A stretch of 64,000 nt of DNA from Turneriella sp. (GTDB taxonomy: Bacteria > Spirochaetota > Leptospiria > Turneriellales > Turneriellaceae). Shown here one piece after another: positions 38,318-47,735 of the stretch. The notes below the pieces were generated by a model. That model was not told the origin of the DNA and searched no databases. It saw only the letters and a list, made by a program, of their open reading frames with translations. The translations under genes and the position numbers were made by a program. The DNA is taken from the NCBI GenBank assembly GCA_965279515.1, contig CBDIID010000003.1, forward strand, positions 4,480,001 through 4,544,000, read 5' to 3'. Each line of letters starts with the position of its first letter. Within the stretch, counting starts at the first letter, position 1.

Positions 38318-39589
38318 ATGGGTGAACAGGCAAAATTTGCAAATCTGATCGCGCTCGCGGTTCCGGTATTTTTCATTTCCATAGGGATTGAAATTGTCGC
38401 CTCGCTGATCATGAAGCGCAAAGTTTACCGCTTTAACGATTCCATTTCAGATCTGAGCGCCGGCATGATGCAAGAACTTGTGGGTGTTTTTACCAAGGTT
38501 CTGGCATACGGTATTTATATTTTTATTTTTGACGCAATCCACAAGCCCGCCAACGCCGCGCCGGGCCAGAGTTATGGCATCCCCATCAATGTCTGGACAT
38601 GGATTGCGGTTTTTCTCCTGGTCGACGTCATCTACTACTGGTTCCACCGCAATTCACATAACGTGGCCATTATCTGGGGCTCGCATGAAGCGCACCACTC
38701 GAGCCAGGAGTATAACCTGTCTGTCGCTTTGCGCCAGGGTGCTTTTCAGCGTCTGTTTTCCTTTCCGTATTATCTGCCGATGGCGCTTGCCGGATTTTCC
38801 CCGTTGCAGTTCATCATCTGCTCCCAGATCAATACACTCTATCAGTTCTTTATCCATACGCGGCTGGTAAAATCGCTGGGCTTTCTCGAATATTTCATGA
38901 ATACGCCGTCGCACCACCGTGTACACCATGGTGTAAATCCGAAATACATCGACAAAAACCATGCGGGCATGTTCATTGTCTGGGATAAACTTTTTGGAAC
39001 CTTTCAAAAAGAAGAAGAAGAGCCGCATTATGGCACAGTGAAGCCGCTGACCACGTTCAATCCTGTCTGGGCGCAGTTGCATTACTGGTGGGGGCTTTTC
39101 CAGCTTTCACTGAAAAGCCGTGGCCTTGATAAGATCAAAGTCTGGTTTAAGGGGCCGGGTTGGAAGCCTGAATATCTCGGCGGCAAACACGAGATTCCGG
39201 AAATTAATCCCAAAACTTACCAGAAGTATGAGCCGGAAAATACCACGCGGCTTAAGATCTATGCCGGTATTGTCTATGCGCTGTCGCTGCCGGTTTTTCT
39301 GGTATTGCAGCAGACCAAAGGTTTGCCGCTCGTCAACCAGCTGATTCTCGCGGTTCCCGTCGTGGTCGGTTTGGCGACGGCGGGCGGGCTCATGATGCGC
39401 AAAAAGTGGGGTTTTATTATGGAGTTTATCCGCGTCCCGCTTTTTACCTTCGTCATTTTTGCTGTCGTGAGTGTTTTGCGCAAAGATATTATGCTGACCG
39501 TGACCGGAATTGCCGCGGCGATCGGCGTTATCCAGCTGATCTGGCTGAGCCGCGAATACGTAAAGGCCGGCGAGCTCAAATTCGGCTGA
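38318..39589 (+). CDS. Sterol desaturase / alkylglycerol monooxygenase-like protein
   Basis: His boxes YWFHRNSH, HEAHHS, FFIHT, TPSHHRVHH. Confidence 0.9.
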   Translation: MGEQAKFANLIALAVPVFFISIGIEIVASLIMKRKVYRFNDSISDLSAGMMQELVGVFTKVLAYGIYIFIFDAIHKPANAAPGQSYGIPINVWTWIAVFLLVDVIYYWFHRNSHNVAIIWGSHEAHHSSQEYNLSVALRQGAFQRLFSFPYYLPMALAGFSPLQFIICSQINTLYQFFIHTRLVKSLGFLEYFMNTPSHHRVHHGVNPKYIDKNHAGMFIVWDKLFGTFQKEEEEPHYGTVKPLTTFNPVWAQLHYWWGLFQLSLKSRGLDKIKVWFKGPGWKPEYLGGKHEIPEINPKTYQKYEPENTTRLKIYAGIVYALSLPVFLVLQQTKGLPLVNQLILAVPVVVGLATAGGLMMRKKWGFIMEFIRVPLFTFVIFAVVSVLRKDIMLTVTGIAAAIGVIQLIWLSREYVKAGELKFG

Positions 39590-39745
39590 AAGCTGCCGGG
39601 TAGCGGCATAATGCTTTGCGGTTTGTCCGAGCGCTGAAATCCTACCCCATATTTTTTCCGGGAGCCGGCCTGTACCCAAGGCGTTCGGTACGAACGCCAC
39701 TGGTACGCCGGCCCCTGGATACGTCGTGTATCACAGGAGTAACAA

Positions 39746-40501
39746 ATGAAGAAGATTAGAATTTTTGCCGTGCTGTTAGCTGCGGCGCTGATCGCAGGAA
39801 CATGCGGCGGCGATAAATCACCCTGGTTGTGGAAGATCGAGGGTAAATCAGTTACACTCAAACAACTCGAAGAAGCCTACAGCGGTTTCGGTGTTTTGAT
39901 GAAAGAACAGCTGCAACAACGTATGGGCCGTTTTATTCCTGAAGAAGAGTTCAAACAATTGCTCGAAGATCCGGATAAATCGGGAAATCCACAACTCGCT
40001 GAAATGTTCAAAAGTTTTGGCAAAGACCTCTTTGCAGACCAATACCAGGATATGCTTATCCTGAACATGGAAGCACAAAAGGACGGCTTTGCAAAACGCC
40101 CTGAAATCAAGGCTAAACTCGAATTTTTGCAGAAATACTTTCTCGCGAATATGTACCTCTTCGATTCATTAAAACTCGAAGATATCAAAATCAGCGATGC
40201 CGAAGCCTTTGCCGCCTGGGAAAAAGCCAAGAAAGAAGACAAACGCCTCGCGACGATTCCTATCGACCAGGGCCTTGAGATGATCAAAGGCCGTATGGTC
40301 ATGGCCGGTGCGATGGAAAAACAGCGCACGATCATGAAAAATGCGAAGCAGAAATACCGTATCGACACCAACAAGGATTTTGAGATCGCTAAACACGTGA
40401 AAGAAACGCGCGAAGAAGCGCGCAAGAAACGCGAAGCGGCAGCAAACCAAACACCTGGTACGGCGCCGACACCGACGCCTGTTACTCCACCGAAGAAGTA
40501 A
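39746..40501 (+). CDS. lipL31: LipL31-like lipoprotein (SurA/PrsA N-terminal-like)
   Basis: Lipobox AGTC; DQYQDML...KDGFAKR.EIK..L.F and IKISD.EA recall Leptospira LipL31. Confidence 0.6.
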   Translation: MKKIRIFAVLLAAALIAGTCGGDKSPWLWKIEGKSVTLKQLEEAYSGFGVLMKEQLQQRMGRFIPEEEFKQLLEDPDKSGNPQLAEMFKSFGKDLFADQYQDMLILNMEAQKDGFAKRPEIKAKLEFLQKYFLANMYLFDSLKLEDIKISDAEAFAAWEKAKKEDKRLATIPIDQGLEMIKGRMVMAGAMEKQRTIMKNAKQKYRIDTNKDFEIAKHVKETREEARKKREAAANQTPGTAPTPTPVTPPKK

Positions 40502-40517
40502 CTAAAGGCGCACCCGG

Positions 40518-40796
40518 CTATCCGCCGAGAAGCCGGGTGTGAATTTCGGGATAGAACCGGCGTAAGACCGGTTTAAATTCAAAAAGTTTTACAGAGTGCC
40601 TGGAGAGTACCTTTTCCAGGATTTCAGAATTAGGTTTGGGGGCTCCCCCGTGCAGGTAATACGCCAGTCGTTCTTCCGTGAATTCGGCGATCGCCTGTTC
40701 CACAAAAGGTTTTTCGATATTGGTAGGCTTTTTTCCGCAATGCAATACCGCTGCGAAAAGTACTGCAAGGGATACAAACCTAAGGTTGCGATTCAT
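40518..40796 (-). CDS. Small lipoprotein
   Basis: LFAAVLHCGKK lipobox; overlaps the stop of the upstream gene. Confidence 0.7.
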   Translation of the reverse strand: MNRNLRFVSLAVLFAAVLHCGKKPTNIEKPFVEQAIAEFTEERLAYYLHGGAPKPNSEILEKVLSRHSVKLFEFKPVLRRFYPEIHTRLLGG

Positions 40797-43182
40797 AGTA
40801 GCGCAGTTCTGACACGGCTGTCTCGCCGGGAAATGATTTTTCAGCGCGTGTCTTGGCGTCGCGGAAAGCCTCCGCTGGTTTGACTTGCCGCCGGTTTGTG
40901 CGCTGGAAAAAATCGAAAAGGAATGAGGTTTTTGCCTGCAGCGAAAGCGTCTGCGGCATCAGAATCAGGGTGAGGCCCGGCTTCCACCCCAAAGAAAATG
41001 CAGCCTGTATGCTATCCCCGTCGGCGATAATTTTTTCAGGTTTTGTATTACACGGCAGAGTCGGCTTGGATGACCCGCCGGAAAAAATCAGGCTGTCGTC
41101 ATAGCTGCCTGCCGCCGCGGGACAATCGCCGGCCTGCGCTGCGTCGGCAACGACAGAAAAATTGTCGGCGAGATCGTTCTTGAGCGATCGGGCCAGTGTT
41201 TCGTCCTGGGTGAGAATAATCAGGCGCTCGGGTATATTTTCGCTGCGCTTCTGGCACTCGGGGCATTGTGAATAGAACGGCGGCAGGTATGCCGTCAGCC
41301 TGGTTCCGCCCAGTTCGGCTATCGCTGAACCGTAAAGCGTGTAATCCCCCGGGGGGGCTTCATTCAAGACGGTGGTAATGGCCGTTCCCGGGCTTTTGCG
41401 CACCAGCCGCCATTTCCCCTTTTTTGCTGTGGCATCGAAAACGGCGATGAATATGGCGTCGGCGTAGATCGCCTTTTTCCCGGTTGTCGAAGACGGCGGT
41501 AATGCACGGGTTAATTCCGGCACATCGAGCACCGCCGCGGCGGTTTTTTTCAGCGCGATGGCCGCATCTGCCGCAGCGTAGAGAGATAAATTTGCTTCCG
41601 TCAGATTTTTCCAGACGAACCTGCGGTGTAGTTCTGCGATCAGCTCGCGTGCCGTTTTCTCGGAAAGGTTTGCCGGTATCGACGTTAAGGCGATGTCGGT
41701 GAGATCGTCCTTCAGATTGATGCCCCAGTCAAACAGCGCAAATTCGGGCCACAGCGAATTCAGCGTCTGCAGGTAAGCGACAGTGAGCTCCGGCAGCTTT
41801 TCCCGTTGGTTACGGGCAAGCGCATCGGCCAGCAAACGGCGCCGGTTGAGATGGCGTATGACTGCGGATGGGCTGCTTTCATGGGCTTTCATTTCCTTTG
41901 CATCGGCCAGGTGGTATGCGGCGACGGCCCTGATTTCCGCGGAATTTCCCTGTGCTTTGAGCAAAGCAGGCCAGAAGGTTTTCTCCCGGGGCTGATTACA
42001 CTCTTCGAAGAAGATTCTCTCGCGCACGCGCCATTCCCGCTCCATATCGGTTTCGGCAGTGTAAGGCGCCGCCGCAGGGCAGCTGCCCCGGTTGGTAAAG
42101 GCATACATCTTGAGCCGCAGCTGCTCGTTACGGATGGCTTTTTCCAGATCGACGATTTCATCACGCGGAATGTTCCCGGCTTTGCGGTGTTCCTCCAGCA
42201 ACTGCAGTGTCTCGCGCGACACACTCTCCGCATCGTTTTTCAGGCCCAGACGCAGCAGCAGATTCTGGGCGATGCCGCTGTATCCCAGGTAGTCGTTGAA
42301 ACTATCGGCGGCCTTGTTCTCATCGGCGCGCAGTGCGGTCCCGAGCACCCGTTTGGCATCTGTGTATGCCCCGGCATGGATATAAATACGGCCCAGGCCC
42401 ATGGCGTCGACCTGGTCCTTTTGTTTGTCTTCGAGGTACTGCGCGAGAAAGCGCGCGCGCCCCGCATTGCCATGGTGGATATTCTCGAAAATCCGGAAAA
42501 TACTGAGCCGCCGGTGCCAGTAGTTACGCACCGACGGCGCAAGTTTATCGCTGAGCGCCGCAAATTTTTCAGCGCTGACCTGGGGATTTTCCTTTTTGCT
42601 GCGAATGCTGACCGCATCGCGTACGAAACCCACCATCTGCTCCAGGTCAGCGTCCTTTTGGCGCAGCGGAGATCCCAGCTGCCGTTCTGTTTCCAGCACG
42701 AGATTATCGAATCCCGAGGTTTTAAGAATCCCGGTTTCATGCAGTACCAGCATCGACTCGATCTCGAGTTGCAGGCGGCAGAGCAGAAAATCTTCGAAGG
42801 TTTCCCGGTTCTCACCCCACGGCAGGCTCGCGGTCGTTACGGACTTAGGATCGCGCGGCCAGCTGAATCTGCCGCGCAGCGAAGCATAGGCGATGTCGAG
42901 CGCGGTACCGGCTTTTTGAAAATAAAAATTTGCCTGGCGCGCATCGCCACGCAAGGCAAAGTGATTGGCGATGGCGATTTGTCTCTGGAATTCAGAAAAC
43001 GGGCCCTCCTGGAACAGGATGTTCCAGTTGCCCTGCGCCATGATCGAATCGATGAGCCTCTTAGGCAGGGATGTGGCAATTTTAAAGGCATTCTTTTCAC
43101 GCCAGGGAACGGCGTCGGTCTGCGTGAAGAGCAGCGTGCCGCAAAGCAGGGATACTCTTGCGATATCCCTGGCTTTGAGCAT
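40780..43182 (-). CDS. Large exported helical/TPR-like protein with degenerate CHAT-like C-terminus
   Basis: Signal peptide, helical repeats, C-terminal FLFDFFQR...AEAFRDAK...LRYY. Confidence 0.55.
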   Translation of the reverse strand: MLKARDIARVSLLCGTLLFTQTDAVPWREKNAFKIATSLPKRLIDSIMAQGNWNILFQEGPFSEFQRQIAIANHFALRGDARQANFYFQKAGTALDIAYASLRGRFSWPRDPKSVTTASLPWGENRETFEDFLLCRLQLEIESMLVLHETGILKTSGFDNLVLETERQLGSPLRQKDADLEQMVGFVRDAVSIRSKKENPQVSAEKFAALSDKLAPSVRNYWHRRLSIFRIFENIHHGNAGRARFLAQYLEDKQKDQVDAMGLGRIYIHAGAYTDAKRVLGTALRADENKAADSFNDYLGYSGIAQNLLLRLGLKNDAESVSRETLQLLEEHRKAGNIPRDEIVDLEKAIRNEQLRLKMYAFTNRGSCPAAAPYTAETDMEREWRVRERIFFEECNQPREKTFWPALLKAQGNSAEIRAVAAYHLADAKEMKAHESSPSAVIRHLNRRRLLADALARNQREKLPELTVAYLQTLNSLWPEFALFDWGINLKDDLTDIALTSIPANLSEKTARELIAELHRRFVWKNLTEANLSLYAAADAAIALKKTAAAVLDVPELTRALPPSSTTGKKAIYADAIFIAVFDATAKKGKWRLVRKSPGTAITTVLNEAPPGDYTLYGSAIAELGGTRLTAYLPPFYSQCPECQKRSENIPERLIILTQDETLARSLKNDLADNFSVVADAAQAGDCPAAAGSYDDSLIFSGGSSKPTLPCNTKPEKIIADGDSIQAAFSLGWKPGLTLILMPQTLSLQAKTSFLFDFFQRTNRRQVKPAEAFRDAKTRAEKSFPGETAVSELRYYESQP

Positions 43183-43188
43183 TTGAGC

Positions 43189-44853
43189 TTACGCGGCTTT
43201 CAGACCCAGGGCGCGTGCCAGAAGTGCACGTGCAATGACACGCAGCGCGAGAACTTCTTCAGCGCCTTCGAAGATGCTGAAGACGCGTGCATCGACAAAG
43301 AGGCGCGAGACTTCATACTCTTCCGCGTAACCCATGCCGCCGTGGATCTGCAGCGCTTCGCGCGTGACCCATTCAGAGATGCGGCATGAATAGAATTTCA
43401 CGAGCGATGCTTCCATCGAACCTTCGTGTTTATCCATGAGGCGTGCAGATTTATACGTCATCTGGCGCACGGCCTGCGTGATCGCGGCCATCTTTGCAAT
43501 TTTATGGTGGTTGATACCGTAAGCGATGATCGGCTTGCCGAAGATCTTGCGGTCCATGGCATACTGAAGTGCCTTCTCAATCGCTGCTTGCATGACGCCC
43601 GTAGCGCGTGCTGCGGTTTGCAGACGGCCGCCGGCAAAGCCTGCCATTTGCAGGTAGAAGCCTTTGCCGAGACCCGCTTCGCCACCGATGAGATTTTCAT
43701 CGGGTACAAAATAGTCTTCGAACACGACTTCGTACGAATGCATACCGCGGTAGCCGATCGTAGAGATCGCTTTGCCATGAACGCGGCCACCCTGCGGCTG
43801 GGTGTAGTCGAATTCATGATCGCGCGTCGGCGGTTTCTCGGCGAGTAGAATCGACAGGCCCTTATGCTTCAGTTTCATGTCAGGGTTGGTACGCGCAAGC
43901 ACCAGCATGACGTCGGCCATGCCGGCAAAGGTGCACCAGGTTTTGACGCCGTTGATCTTCCAGCCGCCGTCGACTTTAACCGCGGCGACTTTCATGCCGG
44001 CTACATCTGAACCATAATCGGGTTCGGTCACGGCGACGGCGCATTTTTTCTCGCCTGAAGCGAGTAGGGGGAGCCACTTTTGTTTCTGTTCCTCGGTACC
44101 ACCGGCAGCAATGGCCTTGGCGACAATTTCAGGGCGGGTGATGAGGCTGCCGGCAACGCCGACGCTGCCGCGTGAAAGCTCTTCGGTGACGACTGCCATC
44201 GAAGTGTGGTCAGGTGCCGCGTCGGATTGAAATCCGCCATAGGCATCGGAGATCGAAAGGCCGAAACAACCCATTTCGGCGAGGCCGTCGATGATTTCAT
44301 CCGGGATGGTAAGGTCGCCACGGTGCACTTTCTCAGCGATGGGTTTGACCTGGCCTTCGGCAAATTTACGGAACGTGTCGGCCATCATCGACTGGTCGTC
44401 GTTCAGGCCATAGGCGCCGAAATCTTTGGATGACGCCAGCATGTCGGCAATCTTTTTAGCAAAGCCTTCAGAACTGTATTCTGTGACAAAGGCGTAAATG
44501 TCGGCCGAATGGATTTCGTTTTCAAACGTTGCGGGATTAACACCCATCTTGTGCGCGGCGATGCGGAAACGCCCGATGATATCTACCAGCGCGTCCGCGA
44601 TGAAGAACAGCGATAAGCTTTCTTCAATGCTGCCGGCGGCTTTACCTACCTTGCCGGGGTAGTCGATCATCTCATCGATGGCGAAGAGTTCGGCTGCGAC
44701 CCACGCCAGGTCGTAGTTCGCGACCTGGTCGAGATCCATTTTGTCGGTCGAGATATTGTTATTCTCAACGGCCTTATCGGCCAGAAATTTCTCAAATTTA
44801 TTGTAGAAATTTCTGACGTGGCCCGTCAGGGCCTTCGCCTTGTCCAGCGCCAT
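43189..44853 (-). CDS. Acyl-CoA dehydrogenase, (2S)-methylsuccinyl-CoA dehydrogenase-like
   Basis: N-terminal extension with DQ...YDLAW, EELSRG, TEPDYGSD, GYRGM, RLQTAARA, DAR...IFEGA. Confidence 0.85.
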   Translation of the reverse strand: MALDKAKALTGHVRNFYNKFEKFLADKAVENNNISTDKMDLDQVANYDLAWVAAELFAIDEMIDYPGKVGKAAGSIEESLSLFFIADALVDIIGRFRIAAHKMGVNPATFENEIHSADIYAFVTEYSSEGFAKKIADMLASSKDFGAYGLNDDQSMMADTFRKFAEGQVKPIAEKVHRGDLTIPDEIIDGLAEMGCFGLSISDAYGGFQSDAAPDHTSMAVVTEELSRGSVGVAGSLITRPEIVAKAIAAGGTEEQKQKWLPLLASGEKKCAVAVTEPDYGSDVAGMKVAAVKVDGGWKINGVKTWCTFAGMADVMLVLARTNPDMKLKHKGLSILLAEKPPTRDHEFDYTQPQGGRVHGKAISTIGYRGMHSYEVVFEDYFVPDENLIGGEAGLGKGFYLQMAGFAGGRLQTAARATGVMQAAIEKALQYAMDRKIFGKPIIAYGINHHKIAKMAAITQAVRQMTYKSARLMDKHEGSMEASLVKFYSCRISEWVTREALQIHGGMGYAEEYEVSRLFVDARVFSIFEGAEEVLALRVIARALLARALGLKAA

Positions 44854-44854
44854 G

Positions 44855-46114
44855 TTATTTGCCTTTCTCTACGCCGACGATGTGCACGACGTTGGTGGTC
44901 GCAGAGCCGCCGATGTTCAGTGTCGCTGCCACTTTCGCGTCTTCAACCTGGTTCTCCCCGGCATTACCTGAGAGCTGTTTGAAGACATCGAGCAGTTGGC
45001 GTGCGCCGGTTGCGCCGACGGGGTGCCCTGCGCCGATGAGTCCGCCAGACGGGTTGAAGGGCAGCTTGCCGCCGATCTTGATGTCGCCCGAGTCGATCGC
45101 CTTATAGGCTTCGCCGGGTGCAGTCATACCAAAGTGTTCGATGGCAGCGTACTCAGAGGTCGTGAAACAGTCGTGGGTCTCGACGAGGTCGAGATCTTTA
45201 GGTCCCTTAATGCCGGCGCGCTTGTAAGCGTCGGTGATGGCCTTGCGCGTATGGGGGAGAATATACTTCCCTTCTTTTTTCGCCGCATAGGCTTCTTCGG
45301 TTTTCACGTCGAAGAGAATCGGTGCTGTTGCATGGCCCCAGCCCATGATGTAGGGGATGTTTTTGAGTTTCAGGTCATGCTTCTTGGCGTAACTCTTCGC
45401 GTATTTCTCTGAAGCCAGAAAGATCACGGCCGCACCGTCAGTCACCTGTGAGCAGTCGGTGATGTGGATAATGCCGCCGACTTCCATGTTGAAGTTGCCG
45501 CGCGTTAAGGCGTGCTGCTTGTTCATGTACCATTCGCGGGTCTGCGCGACAGGGTTCTTTTTCGCGTTGTCATAGTTGATCGCCGAAATCTCGGCCAGGT
45601 GGTCGTATTTCAGGCCATAGAGTTCTTCGTAAACAGTGCCCAGACGGCCGAAGAGTTTCGGGAAAGGGAACTGGACGCCTTTGGCTTCCTTGTCGTACCA
45701 GGCTGCAGTACCGAGGTAATCCCCACCGACCTTGCTGTCGACGGATTTCATCATCTCGACGCCCACGACCATAGACAGGTCATAGTGGCCGGCTTCGATT
45801 TCGGTGCGTGCCACCAGGCTTGAAATCGCGCCAGAAGCGCAGGCCGCTTCGTGGCGGCTGGTCGGCACACCGCGCAGCTTTTCGCTGTAGTTGACGCTCA
45901 TCGCGCCGAGGTGACCCTGCATGGTATAGAGTTCGCCGGCAAAGTTGCCGACGTGGATCGATTCAACGTCGCCCGGATCGATGTCGGTCGCATTGAATGC
46001 CCCGTCCATACCCTCGTGCATGAGCGCCTGGATCGTCTTGCCTTCTTTGCTCCAGTTGCGCGCGAAATCTGTTTGATATCCGCCTAAGATGTATACCCGT
46101 TCTAGTTTTGCCAT
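44855..46114 (-). CDS. Acetyl-CoA acetyltransferase (thiolase, SCP2-type)
   Basis: EAACASG, ETHDCF, NPSGGLIGAGHPVGATG. Confidence 0.92.
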   Translation of the reverse strand: MAKLERVYILGGYQTDFARNWSKEGKTIQALMHEGMDGAFNATDIDPGDVESIHVGNFAGELYTMQGHLGAMSVNYSEKLRGVPTSRHEAACASGAISSLVARTEIEAGHYDLSMVVGVEMMKSVDSKVGGDYLGTAAWYDKEAKGVQFPFPKLFGRLGTVYEELYGLKYDHLAEISAINYDNAKKNPVAQTREWYMNKQHALTRGNFNMEVGGIIHITDCSQVTDGAAVIFLASEKYAKSYAKKHDLKLKNIPYIMGWGHATAPILFDVKTEEAYAAKKEGKYILPHTRKAITDAYKRAGIKGPKDLDLVETHDCFTTSEYAAIEHFGMTAPGEAYKAIDSGDIKIGGKLPFNPSGGLIGAGHPVGATGARQLLDVFKQLSGNAGENQVEDAKVAATLNIGGSATTNVVHIVGVEKGK

Positions 46115-46149
46115 AGTATGCTCCTTGCCGCTTAAGTGTACTAACTAAA

Positions 46150-47451
46150 TTAGCGGCCCGCTAAAAATTTGCTGACGTCTGCCACGCGGCAAATGCGTCC
46201 TTTATCTTTGAGGTTCTTAAGCCCAGCCGGTACCGGCAGCTTCGCTTTTTCGATGAGGGCGCAGGTCTCTTTGACGCCGCCAAAGAGATCGACCCAGCCC
46301 GAGGCGGGCAGCCAAGAGAAGCCCGACGACATGACTCGGTCGATACCGTGGATGCCATCCTTTTCAGGCGTCACTTCGCCGATGCGCGCAAAGCTGTAGG
46401 CGACATAGCCCAGAATGAAGTGGCGTACGATTTCGCCTTCTTCGCCGGGGGCTGTCTTGATGAGTTTGATGGCGTCCGCGTACATGCCATCCTGGATCGC
46501 GGCCTTGGTCTTCTGCACCCAGTCAATTTTCTCTTTTTTCGTCGGTGCGAATGTCAGATCGGCGATGTTGAGCGTGGTCTTATTCTTTTCCGCGTCGCGG
46601 TTAAAATAGCCGCCTTTGCCCTTCGCCTTGCGGCCGAGCATGCCCTGGTCCATCATGCGCTGCATGTAAGCAGGCATCTTGTAGGTATCGATACGTTCGT
46701 CTTTGACGTTCGCCACAACGTTGTCGACGATCGCCTTATGCACGTCGAGGCCGACGAGGTCAATCGTCGCGAGCGGGGCGAGCGCCCGGCCCGTGTATGG
46801 CCCGAGCAGGTAATCCATCTTATCAACGCCGTATTTCTCGGCATAGATCGCCGCTTCGTTGAGGAACTGGAAGCCGATACGGTTACCCGCAAACGCCGCA
46901 GTATCTTCGGTGATGATGTTCACACGGCGCAGTACCTTTTCGCAGAAGTCGTAGACGAATTCGCGTGTTTCGGCGGGCACCTCAGGGTGAAAGATCAGCT
47001 CGTTGGCGGGCAGTTTGCCGGGGGGATTATAAAAGTGCGTGCCCATGAAATTCTTGCGGAAATTATCGTTTCTGCCTTCGCCCATTTTACGGATCGAGAG
47101 GCCTGAAGAAACGGTACTGACGATCGCATCGGGTTTTTTGAGTTTTTCGATCTTGGCGAAAAACTCATTCTTGATCGCCATGTCTTCGGCCAAACCTTCA
47201 AAAATCCAGTCGCACGAGGGAATCTCTTTCTCAAGATCGTCGTAGCTCGCCGCCTTGATGTATTTCCTGAGCACGTCGGAACGTGCCTGCCCCACAGCGG
47301 CTTCAAGCCCCGCGGTCGCCTTGTCGAGGGAGCGCGCAAAGAAAACGCATTCAATATCAGCCTGTGCGAAGATACCGCCAGACAAGGAACCCATGTTCCC
47401 GGAAGCCCCTAAAACTCCAACTTTCTTGATGATTCGACTCGATTTAGCCAT
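46150..47451 (-). CDS. 3-hydroxyacyl-CoA dehydrogenase
   Basis: VLGASGNMG, E.LAED..IK, GTHFYNPP, FAGNRI, DLVGLDV; SD AAGGAG. Confidence 0.9.
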   Translation of the reverse strand: MAKSSRIIKKVGVLGASGNMGSLSGGIFAQADIECVFFARSLDKATAGLEAAVGQARSDVLRKYIKAASYDDLEKEIPSCDWIFEGLAEDMAIKNEFFAKIEKLKKPDAIVSTVSSGLSIRKMGEGRNDNFRKNFMGTHFYNPPGKLPANELIFHPEVPAETREFVYDFCEKVLRRVNIITEDTAAFAGNRIGFQFLNEAAIYAEKYGVDKMDYLLGPYTGRALAPLATIDLVGLDVHKAIVDNVVANVKDERIDTYKMPAYMQRMMDQGMLGRKAKGKGGYFNRDAEKNKTTLNIADLTFAPTKKEKIDWVQKTKAAIQDGMYADAIKLIKTAPGEEGEIVRHFILGYVAYSFARIGEVTPEKDGIHGIDRVMSSGFSWLPASGWVDLFGGVKETCALIEKAKLPVPAGLKNLKDKGRICRVADVSKFLAGR

Positions 47452-47572
47452 GTTTACTCCTTTTATTTGAGGCCATTTTTTACCTCAAAGCTCATTTCGG
47501 CTCGCCTAAGTGCGGCTTTTGAACAGACCGACAAGCAAAACCCAGGTAGTTTCCTGACAAGGAAACTGCCGG

Positions 47573-47732
47573 GCTGGCCCCCGGAACCGAAAAAGTGAAA
47601 AGCAGCAAAGTCGCTTGGCTGCCAAGCGACGACGCGCTTTAGCAGTCGTTTGGCTTTGCAAACGACGCGACCCGTCTTAGGGTCTCCGCCTCGGCGGCTT
47701 TTCGCTTTTTCGGTATTTTTTCCGGGGCCAGC
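47573..47732. mobile_element. Intergenic multi-branch palindromic element related to the rsmG insertion (opposite orientation)
   Basis: Long closing stems, four inner hairpins, shared GTTTGCAA-N3-CAAAC-N3-TGCTAAAGCGC core on the minus strand. Confidence 0.75.
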
Positions 47733-47735
47733 GTC

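Noticed and set aside
41806..43389. 527-aa plus-strand ORF
   Set aside because: Antisense shadow of two minus-strand genes; no recognisable motifs
47573..47732. tRNA, tmRNA, SRP RNA or known riboswitch
   Set aside because: No T-loop GTTCGA/CCA end or other conserved motif recognised; an Rfam search is still needed
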